In this document: in pieces, positions 37,646 to 45,663 of the stretch | How the letters are laid out: each line of letters begins with the position of its first letter | Numbering within the stretch: position 1 is the first letter of the stretch | Source: Myxococcota bacterium | GTDB lineage: Bacteria; Myxococcota_A; UBA9160; SZUA-336 | Direction: 5' to 3' | DNA: 64,000 nt | Assembly: GCA_965247115.1 (NCBI GenBank) | Contig: CBDFGR010000002.1 | Location: forward strand, 928,001 to 992,000 | Notes under the pieces: generated by a model | What the model was told of the DNA's origin: nothing | Database searches by the model: none | What the model saw: the letters and a program-made list of their open reading frames with translations, nothing else | Program-made: the position numbers and the translations under genes

Positions 37646-37975
37646 ATGACCGACAGTGCAGAAGCAAGCCTTGAATTGATCATCGAGCGAATCGAGGGTG
37701 AGTATTCGAACTTCTCCGTCACCTCACGCTGGGGTCGACGTCAACTCATGCTAGGTCGGAAGATGTTTGCAACATTTTCGGAAATCGACATGTCGTTTAA
37801 ACTTGGGGAAGGACAGTTAAGTCAGGCGTATTCGCTTGCCGGCGCAGAGGCTTGGAATCCCAAAGGAAGGAAAAACCCGTCTAGGAGTTGGGTGCGGGTT
37901 CCCATTTCCCAACAGAAACACTGGATGTCTCTGGCTTTGGAAGCGGCAAAGCACATGAATGCGCATGGCGCCTAA
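37646..37975 (+). CDS. TfoX-N/YjbR-like small protein (cassette ORF)
   Basis: 'GRKMFATF...MSFKL...WNP.GR..SRSWVRVP...W..LA.EA' pattern; composition visibly lower in GC than the flanks. Confidence 0.7.
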   Translation: MTDSAEASLELIIERIEGEYSNFSVTSRWGRRQLMLGRKMFATFSEIDMSFKLGEGQLSQAYSLAGAEAWNPKGRKNPSRSWVRVPISQQKHWMSLALEAAKHMNAHGA

Positions 37976-38042
37976 CAGGCGCATGAACTGCGCGCCTTCG
38001 GCGCCGGACGCAGCAAAGCCGCGCCGGTTATGCGGAATAGGC
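37970..38042 (+). other. attC site (R' end degenerate)
   Basis: R'' GCCTAAC, L'' GCATGAAC, L' GTTATGC (pairs with L'' leaving one extrahelical base), then GGAATAGGC where GTTAGGC is expected. Confidence 0.7.
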
Positions 38043-38052
38043 GCTGGCGCCT

Positions 38053-38910
38053 CTAGCGTCCGGGGTACTCGTAGAAGCCGCGTCCCGTCTTGCGGCCGAG
38101 CAGGCCCGCTTCCACCATGCGACACAGCAGTGGGGGCGGGGCGTAGAGGGGCTCCTTGAACTCCTCGTACATCGACTCCGCTACCGCCATGGTTGTGTCG
38201 AGACCGATCAGGTCGACGAGCGCCAGCGGGCCCATCGGATGGTTGCAGCCCTTCACCATTCCCGCATCGATGTGCTCGGCCGTCGCGAAGCCGGACTCGG
38301 CCATGCGGATGGCAGAGAGCAGATAGGGGATGAGCAGCGAGTTCACGATGAAGCCGGCCCGATCCTGAGATCGGATGACGTGCTTGCCGAGCACCTCTTC
38401 GGCGAACGTGGCGATGCGCTGCGCCGTCTCTTCACTGGTGAGCAGCGACGGCACCAGCTCGACAAGGTCGAGCACGGGGACGGGGTTGAAAAAGTGGAGC
38501 CCACACACATGGGCCGGACGTCCGGTCTCCACGGCGAGCTTCATGATGGGGATGGACGAGGTGTTGGAGGCGAGGATCGCGTCCGGGCTCTCCACGACGG
38601 AGTCGAGCGTGCGAAAGATCTCGACCTTGGCGGCCTCGTCCTCGAACACGGCCTCTAGGACGATCTCGCGATCCGCGAGCTCGGCGAAGTCGGCGGTCAC
38701 TCGAATGCGCTCGAGCGCGACCTTGCGCTCCACGTCCGAGATCTTGTGCGCGGAGAGCGCCCGGTCGATGGAGCGGGCGATGCGGACCAGCCCCGCGTCG
38801 GCTGCCTCCTCGTCCCGCTCCGCGACGACGACGTCGAGCCCAGCGCGCGCGCAGACTTCTGCCACTCCGGAGCCCATGAGACCGCAGCCCACGATGCCGA
38901 TTCTCTCCAT
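38053..38910 (-). CDS. 3-hydroxybutyryl-CoA dehydrogenase
   Basis: GIVGCGLMGSG, EAVFED...K, ASNTSSIPI, HFFNP, GFIVN, HPMGPL; start trimmed to ATG 38910. Confidence 0.95.
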   Translation of the reverse strand: MERIGIVGCGLMGSGVAEVCARAGLDVVVAERDEEAADAGLVRIARSIDRALSAHKISDVERKVALERIRVTADFAELADREIVLEAVFEDEAAKVEIFRTLDSVVESPDAILASNTSSIPIMKLAVETGRPAHVCGLHFFNPVPVLDLVELVPSLLTSEETAQRIATFAEEVLGKHVIRSQDRAGFIVNSLLIPYLLSAIRMAESGFATAEHIDAGMVKGCNHPMGPLALVDLIGLDTTMAVAESMYEEFKEPLYAPPPLLCRMVEAGLLGRKTGRGFYEYPGR

Positions 38911-39192
38911 GCCGATCCCCCTGATCCGTCGCCGTGGGTCCTCCGCCGCGACGGGCTCTGGCAAGAAGTATAAGCCACTAGCTGGTGGTGGGATTCCCCT
39001 ACCGTCCGCAAGAGGCGCTGCTGGCCGCATCTGTCGCCTCTCGGAGCATGCAAAGGCGTAGCTGACCTTGACGGGGCGGCTGATGAGGGGAGAATCTCGT
39101 AGCTGGAGGACAGTGGGAGCTCGCCATTGCTCCAGACTCCTCCATCCCCGCGTTCGCGGGGCTCGCCCCCGCGCCGCCGCGCGAGGATTCAC

Positions 39193-41856
39193 ATGGCTGA
39201 CCGATCTGCAGATACCGACCCCGAGGAAACCCAGGAGTGGCTGGATGCGCTCGCGTCCACGTTGCGGGACGAAGGCATCGAGCGTGCGCACTATCTGATC
39301 GAGCGGCTGATCGACCAGGCCAGGCGCTCCGGGGCGCACCTGCCGTACACGACCACCACAGCCTATGTGAACACGATCCATCCGAGCGATGAGGAGAAGA
39401 TGCCAGGGGAGCCCGGCCTCGAGCACCGCATCCGCTCCATCATCCGCTGGAATGCCATGGCCATGGTGGTGCAGGCAAACCGGAAGAGCCCCGAGCTCGG
39501 CGGCCACATCGCGAGCTTTGCCTCCGCTGCGACACTCTACGATGTAGGCTACAACCACTTCTTCCGCGCACCGACAGAGGACTTCGGGGGTGACCTCCTC
39601 TACATCCAGGGCCACTCCTCCCCCGGCATCTACGCGCGCGCGTTTGTCGAAGGAAGGCTCTCGGAAGATCAGCTGCAGCGCTTCCGCCAGGAGGTAAACG
39701 GCGGCGGGCTGGCGTCGTACCCGCACCCAAAGCTCATGCCGGACTTCTGGCAGTTCCCGACGGTGTCGATGGGCCTGGGACCGATCATGGCGATCTACCA
39801 GGCGCGCATCATGAAGTACATGCACAATCGCGGGATCGTCGACACGGAGGGTCGCAAGGTCTGGGCCTTCATGGGCGATGGAGAGATGGACGAGCCCGAA
39901 TCTCTCGGCGCGATCGGCCTCGCGGCGCGCGAGAAGCTCGACAACCTGATCTTCGTCGTGAACTGCAATCTGCAGCGACTCGACGGTCCGGTCCGCGGCA
40001 ACGGGAAGATCATCCAGGAGCTGGAAGGGATCTTCCGCGGTTCCGGCTGGAACGTGCTGAAGGTGATCTGGGGCGACCGCTGGGATTCGCTGCTGGCGCG
40101 CGACAAGAAGGGCCTGCTGCTCGAACGCATGGAGCAGGCCGTGGATGGCGATTACCAGAACTACAAGGCTTCCCGAGACGGAGGCTACACTCGCGAGCAC
40201 TTCTTCGGCACGCACCCCCAGCTCCAGGCCATGGTCGCGAACATGACCGACCACGAGATCTCGGAGCTCAACCGTGGCGGAAACGATCCGCAGAAGATCT
40301 ACGCCGCCTATGCGCGCGCGACGAAGACGGTCGGCGAGCCGACCGTGATCCTGGCCAAGACGGTCAAGGGCTACGGCATGGGCGAGGCCGGTGAGGGCCA
40401 GAACACCGCGCACTCGCAGAAGAAGATGGCCGGCGAGTACCTGCGCAGGTTTCGGGATCGCTACCGGATCCCGATCTCCGACGACCTGCTGGAGGAGACC
40501 CCCTTCTACAAGCCCGCCGAAGACAGCCCCGAGATGCGCTACATGCACGAGCGTCGCGAGGCCCTTGGCGGCTACCTGCCCGCTCGCCGCAGAGCCACGC
40601 GCCCGTTGGAGGTTCCCGAACTCGCGGTGTTCGACTCGATGCTCAAGGGCTCCGGGGAGCGCAAAATCTCGACCACGATGGCGTTCGTCCGCCTGCTGAC
40701 GGCGCTGACTCGCGACAAGCAGCTCGGCAAGCTCGTGGTGCCGATCGTTCCCGACGAGGCGCGTACCTTCGGCATGGAGGGACTGTTCCGCTCGCTGGGC
40801 ATCTACTCGAGCGAGGGCCAGCTCTACGAGCCGCAGGACGCCGGTCAGGTGATGTACTACCGCGAGGACAAGGGCGGCCAGATCCTGGAAGAGGGGATCA
40901 GCGAGGCCGGAGCGACCTCGTCATGGATCGCTGCCGGCACCGCGTACAGCAACCACGGAATCAACCTGATTCCGTTCTACATCTTCTACTCGATGTTCGG
41001 ATTCCAGCGCGTCGGCGATCTGATCTGGGCGGCCGGAGACTCTCAGACGCGCGGCTTCTTGCTGGGCGGCACATCGGGGCGCACGACGCTGGCCGGCGAG
41101 GGCCTCCAGCACCAGGATGGCCACAGCCAGCTCCTGGCATCGCACGTCCCCAACTGCATCTCGTATGACCCGACCTTTGCCTACGAGCTCGCTGTCATCC
41201 TCCACGCAGGCCTCGAACGGATGTACGTGAAGCAGGAGGGAGTCTTCTACTACATCACCCTCACGAACGAGAACTACCCGCACCCGCCGCTGCCCGAAGG
41301 TATCGAGGAGGGGATCCTCAAGGGCATCTATGCCTTCGCGGAGGGTTCGAGGACGAGCGGGCCCAGGGTCCAGCTCCTCGGGAGCGGGGCCATCCTGCGC
41401 GAGGTGATCGCCGCTGCCGAGCTGTTGCGTGAGGACTTCGGAGTGGAGAGCGACGTGTGGAGCGTGACGAGCTTCAACGAGCTGCGCCGCGACGGGATGG
41501 AGGTCGAACGCTGGAATATGCTTCATCCCGACGAGACGCCGCGCGCGAGCTACGTGGAGCGCCTGCTCGGCGACCGGCCCGGTCCTGTGATCGCCGCGAC
41601 CGACTACTTGAAGGTCTATGCGGATCAGATCCGCTCGCAGATCGGCCCGCGCTACCACGTGCTTGGCACCGATGGCTTCGGTCGTTCAGACCTGCGCGCC
41701 CGGCTGCGCCATCACTTCGAGGTAAGCCGGCACTTCGTCGTCGTGGCCGCACTCAAGGCCCTGGCGGATGAGGGCGAGATCTCACCTACCGCCGCCCAGA
41801 ACGCAATGGAGAAGTACAAGATCGACCCGAACAAGCCCGCCCCCCCGACAAGCTAG
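39193..41856 (+). CDS. aceE: Pyruvate dehydrogenase E1, homodimeric type
   Basis: D.DPEETQEWL, GGHIASFAS, FPTVSMGLG, GDGEMDEPES, NCNLQRLDGPV. Confidence 0.97.
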   Translation: MADRSADTDPEETQEWLDALASTLRDEGIERAHYLIERLIDQARRSGAHLPYTTTTAYVNTIHPSDEEKMPGEPGLEHRIRSIIRWNAMAMVVQANRKSPELGGHIASFASAATLYDVGYNHFFRAPTEDFGGDLLYIQGHSSPGIYARAFVEGRLSEDQLQRFRQEVNGGGLASYPHPKLMPDFWQFPTVSMGLGPIMAIYQARIMKYMHNRGIVDTEGRKVWAFMGDGEMDEPESLGAIGLAAREKLDNLIFVVNCNLQRLDGPVRGNGKIIQELEGIFRGSGWNVLKVIWGDRWDSLLARDKKGLLLERMEQAVDGDYQNYKASRDGGYTREHFFGTHPQLQAMVANMTDHEISELNRGGNDPQKIYAAYARATKTVGEPTVILAKTVKGYGMGEAGEGQNTAHSQKKMAGEYLRRFRDRYRIPISDDLLEETPFYKPAEDSPEMRYMHERREALGGYLPARRRATRPLEVPELAVFDSMLKGSGERKISTTMAFVRLLTALTRDKQLGKLVVPIVPDEARTFGMEGLFRSLGIYSSEGQLYEPQDAGQVMYYREDKGGQILEEGISEAGATSSWIAAGTAYSNHGINLIPFYIFYSMFGFQRVGDLIWAAGDSQTRGFLLGGTSGRTTLAGEGLQHQDGHSQLLASHVPNCISYDPTFAYELAVILHAGLERMYVKQEGVFYYITLTNENYPHPPLPEGIEEGILKGIYAFAEGSRTSGPRVQLLGSGAILREVIAAAELLREDFGVESDVWSVTSFNELRRDGMEVERWNMLHPDETPRASYVERLLGDRPGPVIAATDYLKVYADQIRSQIGPRYHVLGTDGFGRSDLRARLRHHFEVSRHFVVVAALKALADEGEISPTAAQNAMEKYKIDPNKPAPPTS

Positions 41857-41867
41857 AGGACACCGCA

Positions 41868-43148
41868 TTGGCTGACGAGAGAAAGGTCCTGCTCCCCGAC
41901 ATCGGTGACTTCGAGAACGTCGACATCGTAGAGATCCTGGTCTCGCCAGGAGACCACGTGGCCGTCGACGATTCGCTGATCGTGCTCGAGACGGACAAGG
42001 CCACGATGGAGATCCCCGCACCCTTCGCAGGCGTGATCCGCCAGATGAGCGCCCGTGTCGGAGACACGATCAGCGAGGGCGGCCTCGTCTGCGTGATGGA
42101 GGTGGACGAGGACTCGCTGTCCCTGGCCCCACCGCCTGTCGAGGAGACGGAGGAGATCGAAGAGGAGCCCGCCGCGCCGGAACAGCGGGAGGAGCCGGAT
42201 GACATGCTCCCGCCGCTGCCCTCCCCTGCGCGTTCCTCGGCGAGCGCCCACGCGAGTCCCGGGGTACGACGCCTGGCACGCGAGCTGGGCATCGACCTGA
42301 CGCTCGTCCCGTCGAGCGGCCGCAAGGGTCGTGTACTCAAGGAGGACGTGCAGGGCTACGTGAAAGGGATGATGGCGAAGGGGACCTCCGCGGGAGTGCC
42401 GATCTCCGGCGTCCACGTTGGGAAGGCTCCCGAGATCGACTTCGCAAAGTTCGGTCCGACCGAAATCGAGCCGCTGAACAAAATTCGCAAGCTCTCGGGT
42501 GCCAACCTGCACCGGAGCTGGGTCTCCGTCCCGCACGTCACCCAGTTTGACGAGGCGGATATCACAGAGCTCGAAGGCTTCCGACAGGCCCAGAAAATCG
42601 AGGCGGAACGGCAGGGGGTCAAGCTCACGTTCCTGCCCTTTGTGATGAAGGCGATCGTCGCGGGGCTCACGGAGTTTCCGCACTTCAACTCCTCGCTAGA
42701 CAAGACCGGCGAGAACCTGATCGTCAAGAATTACTTCCACCTCGGGGTTGCGGTGGACACACCGATGGGGCTCGTGGTACCGGCGGTTCGGGACGTGGAC
42801 CAGAAGGGCATCCTGGAGCTGGCCGGCGAGCTGATGGAGCTCAGCACCAAGGCTCGGGAACGCAAGCTGCACCCCACCGACCTGCAGGGCGGGACCTTCA
42901 CGATTTCCAGCCTCGGCGGTATCGGAGGCACGTTCTTCACGCCGATCGTGAACCATCCGGAAGTGGCCGTGCTGGGCGTCGGGCGTATGGAGTGGCGACC
43001 GGTGTACCACGGCACCGAGCTCGCACGCCGCCTGATCCTGCCGCTCTCACTGTCCTACGACCACCGCGTGATCGACGGAGCGGATGCCGTGCGCTTCACG
43101 GGCCGGCTCGTGCACTACCTGTCCGACCTACGTCGCACTCTGCTGTAG
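41868..43148 (+). CDS. aceF: Dihydrolipoamide acetyltransferase E2
   Basis: One lipoyl domain (ETDKATMEIP), HASPGVRRLARE binding domain, DHRVIDG. Confidence 0.95.
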   Translation: MADERKVLLPDIGDFENVDIVEILVSPGDHVAVDDSLIVLETDKATMEIPAPFAGVIRQMSARVGDTISEGGLVCVMEVDEDSLSLAPPPVEETEEIEEEPAAPEQREEPDDMLPPLPSPARSSASAHASPGVRRLARELGIDLTLVPSSGRKGRVLKEDVQGYVKGMMAKGTSAGVPISGVHVGKAPEIDFAKFGPTEIEPLNKIRKLSGANLHRSWVSVPHVTQFDEADITELEGFRQAQKIEAERQGVKLTFLPFVMKAIVAGLTEFPHFNSSLDKTGENLIVKNYFHLGVAVDTPMGLVVPAVRDVDQKGILELAGELMELSTKARERKLHPTDLQGGTFTISSLGGIGGTFFTPIVNHPEVAVLGVGRMEWRPVYHGTELARRLILPLSLSYDHRVIDGADAVRFTGRLVHYLSDLRRTLL

Positions 43149-43150
43149 GC

Positions 43151-44623
43151 ATGGCCGTCTCGCACGAGGACCGGCCGCCGCCACCGCCGCCACCCCCGTC
43201 GCCGTTTGACCGCGGAGACGTCCACGCAGACGTGGCCGTGCTCGGCTCGGGCCCCGGCGGCTACTCGGCGGCCTTCCGGGCCGCGGATCTGGGGAAGAGC
43301 GTGGTTCTCGTCGAGCGCTACCCGACGCTCGGAGGCGTCTGCCTCAACGTCGGCTGCATTCCCTCGAAGGCGCTGCTGCACATGGCCGAGATCATCACCG
43401 AGGCGAGCGAGCTGTCGACCCACGGTATTGCGTTCGGAGAGCTACAGCTCGATCTGGAAAAGATCCGCGCGCGGAAGAACGAGTCTGTCGAGGCGCTGAC
43501 CCGCGGCCTGCGCCACCTCGCCAGGCAGCGCAAGGTCCAGGTCATCAAAGGGACCGGGAGCTTTGTCGACCCGCACCTGCTCGAGATCGATTCACCGGAC
43601 GGTGTCACCTCGGTCTCCTTCGACAGCGCGATCATCGCCGCGGGCTCGCGGCCGGTGGAGCTGCCGTTCCTCTCGCACGAAGATCCTCGCGTCATGGACT
43701 CCACGGCCGCGCTCGAGCTCCCGGAGATCCCTGGCAGGATGCTCGTGATCGGCGGCGGGATCATCGGCCTGGAGATGGCGACCGTCTACGAGGCCTTCGG
43801 CTCCGAGGTAACCGTCGTCGAGCTGCTCGACCGGCTGATTGCCGGCGCGGATCCAGATCTGGTTCGCCCGCTATCCCAGCGCATCCGCCGCCGTTATGCA
43901 GACATCTACCTCTCGACCAAGGTCACGGCCATCGAGCCCCAGACGGACGGCATCCGCGTCGGCTTCGACGGTGAGGGCGTGCCCGAGAGCGACGTCTTCG
44001 ACCGCGTCCTGGTCGCTGTCGGGCGGCGACCGAACGGCGACACGATCGGCGCCGAGCGCGCGGGAGTGAGCGTGGACGAGCGGGGCTTCATTCGCGTGGA
44101 CAAGCAGCAGCGCACGAACGTCGGCCACATCTACGCGATCGGCGACATCGTCGGCGAGCCCATGCTGGCGCACAAGGCCAGCCACGAAGGGCGCACGGCC
44201 GCAGAGGTCATCGCCGGGCTGCCCTCAGCCTTCGATCCGACGACGATCGCCTCCGTGGCCTATACGGATCCGGAGATCGCCTGGATGGGGATGACGGAGA
44301 CGGAGGCCATGGCGCAAGGCCTCGCCATCGAGATGGCCAGCTTCCCCTGGGCGGCCAGCGGCCGCGCCTCGAGCCTTGGCCGCAGCGACGGCCTCACCAA
44401 GCTCATCTTCTCCACCGACACACGCCGCCTCATCGGCGCCGGCATTGTCGGCAAGAACGCCGGCGAGCTGATCGCGGAGACCGTGCTGGCCGTCGAGCTC
44501 GGCGCGGACGCCGAGGACATCGCCCTCACCATCCACCCCCACCCCACCCTCACCGAAACCGTAGGCTTCGCCGCAGAAATGGTCGAAGGCACCATCACCG
44601 ACCTCTACGCCCCCAAAACCTGA
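43151..44623 (+). CDS. lpdA: Dihydrolipoamide dehydrogenase E3
   Basis: GSGPGGY, GGVCLNVGCIPSK, GGGIIG, HPHPTLTE. Confidence 0.97.
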   Translation: MAVSHEDRPPPPPPPPSPFDRGDVHADVAVLGSGPGGYSAAFRAADLGKSVVLVERYPTLGGVCLNVGCIPSKALLHMAEIITEASELSTHGIAFGELQLDLEKIRARKNESVEALTRGLRHLARQRKVQVIKGTGSFVDPHLLEIDSPDGVTSVSFDSAIIAAGSRPVELPFLSHEDPRVMDSTAALELPEIPGRMLVIGGGIIGLEMATVYEAFGSEVTVVELLDRLIAGADPDLVRPLSQRIRRRYADIYLSTKVTAIEPQTDGIRVGFDGEGVPESDVFDRVLVAVGRRPNGDTIGAERAGVSVDERGFIRVDKQQRTNVGHIYAIGDIVGEPMLAHKASHEGRTAAEVIAGLPSAFDPTTIASVAYTDPEIAWMGMTETEAMAQGLAIEMASFPWAASGRASSLGRSDGLTKLIFSTDTRRLIGAGIVGKNAGELIAETVLAVELGADAEDIALTIHPHPTLTETVGFAAEMVEGTITDLYAPKT

Positions 44624-44627
44624 ACTC

Positions 44628-44757
44628 GGGACGGTCATAACTTGGGTCATAACTTGGGGACGGTCCTTAATTATTACTTCTCGCCGTGCGCCCGCAGCTA
44701 TCGCCGCCCCCTGAGAAGTTATAATCAAGGACCGTCCCCAAGTTATGACCGTCCCCA
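44628..44757. repeat. REP/REPIN-like inverted repeat, family A (AACTTGGGGACGGTCC)
   Basis: 38-bp arms 44645-44682 and 44713-44750 with 2 mismatches, plus a 12-bp tandem duplication GGTCATAACTTG; lies between convergent genes. Confidence 0.9.
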
Positions 44758-44760
44758 GGA

Positions 44761-45612
44761 TTAGGGCTTGCGGAACTTTAGGGTCATGCGGTCGCTCTCG
44801 CCGATGGCGGCGTACAGCTCGCGGTCGACGTCTTCGAGGAGGTAGGTCGGTGGGAGCGTCCAGACGCCCTTACCGTAGTCCTTCCGGTCCTTTGGGTTCG
44901 CGTTGATCTCGGACGCAGCCACGAGCTCGAAGCCTGCGGCCTCCGCGAGCGCGATCGTGTAGTCCTGCCGGACGTAGCCATTCTCCGCCTTCGGGTCCTG
45001 CTCGATCGTGGCGTCGGCCCGGTGCTCGACGACGCCGAGGGTGCCGCCTGGCTTCAGCGCGTCGAACATTGCCTGGAAGACGCTCGTCTCGAACCCGCCC
45101 GACATCCAGTTGTGGACGTTGCGGAAGGTCAGCACCAGGTCGGCGGAGCCAGTGGGGGCGATCTCCTTGCCCTCCCCCAGTGCGGTCACGACGGCCCGGT
45201 CGTAGAGCCCTGGCTCGGAGGCGAGCTTCTCCGCGAAGCGAGCGACCGAACGCTGGGCGAACTCGGAGTCGGACTCGGGATCCGCACCGGCAGCGTAGTA
45301 GAGCCCCTCTTCGCGCAGGTACGGGGCCAGGATCTCCGTGTACCAGCCGCCGCCCGGCCAGATCTCTACGACGGTCAGGTCTGGCTCCAGTCCGAAGAAG
45401 CTGAGCGTCTCGACGGGGCGGCGGTACCCGTCTCGGGCACTGTATTTGGCCGAGCGGTGCTCGCCCGCAACGGCTGCCGCGAGCGCACTGGCGCCCATCG
45501 GAGCCGCCGCCACGTCGCTGACAGCATCGCCCTGTGTGGTGCGCTGCTCACCGCACCCCAGGGTCAAGGCAAACAGACCTACGAGCAGGCTCCGGTATGC
45601 GATCTGATTCAT
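44761..45612 (-). CDS. Predicted SAM-dependent methyltransferase with lipoprotein signal
   Basis: LTLGC lipobox; RD.YR.P.ETL.FFG, EIWPGGGWYTEIL, TFRNVHNW, IGESDRMTLKF. Confidence 0.88.
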   Translation of the reverse strand: MNQIAYRSLLVGLFALTLGCGEQRTTQGDAVSDVAAAPMGASALAAAVAGEHRSAKYSARDGYRRPVETLSFFGLEPDLTVVEIWPGGGWYTEILAPYLREEGLYYAAGADPESDSEFAQRSVARFAEKLASEPGLYDRAVVTALGEGKEIAPTGSADLVLTFRNVHNWMSGGFETSVFQAMFDALKPGGTLGVVEHRADATIEQDPKAENGYVRQDYTIALAEAAGFELVAASEINANPKDRKDYGKGVWTLPPTYLLEDVDRELYAAIGESDRMTLKFRKP

Positions 45613-45663
45613 TTTCGACCTCCGCAGCTATGCCTACACCAGACCAGAGTAGGCGCACAAGGC

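Larger units (their letters stand above)
37620..38042 (+). mobile_element. Solitary integron gene cassette
   Basis: GTTAGGC core at 37620-37626, a single AT-richer ORF whose stop lies inside GCCTAAC (37970-37976), then an attC-like palindrome. Confidence 0.75.

Noticed and set aside
39068..39095. TTGACG-N16-GAGAAT promoter candidate for aceE
   Set aside because: Plausible, but the -10 is weak and there is no independent support.
38911..40548. 831-aa minus ORF apparently fusing a long N-terminal region to 3-hydroxybutyryl-CoA dehydrogenase
   Set aside because: The extension is mostly the antisense shadow of aceE; the real protein starts at MERIGIVGCG (38910).
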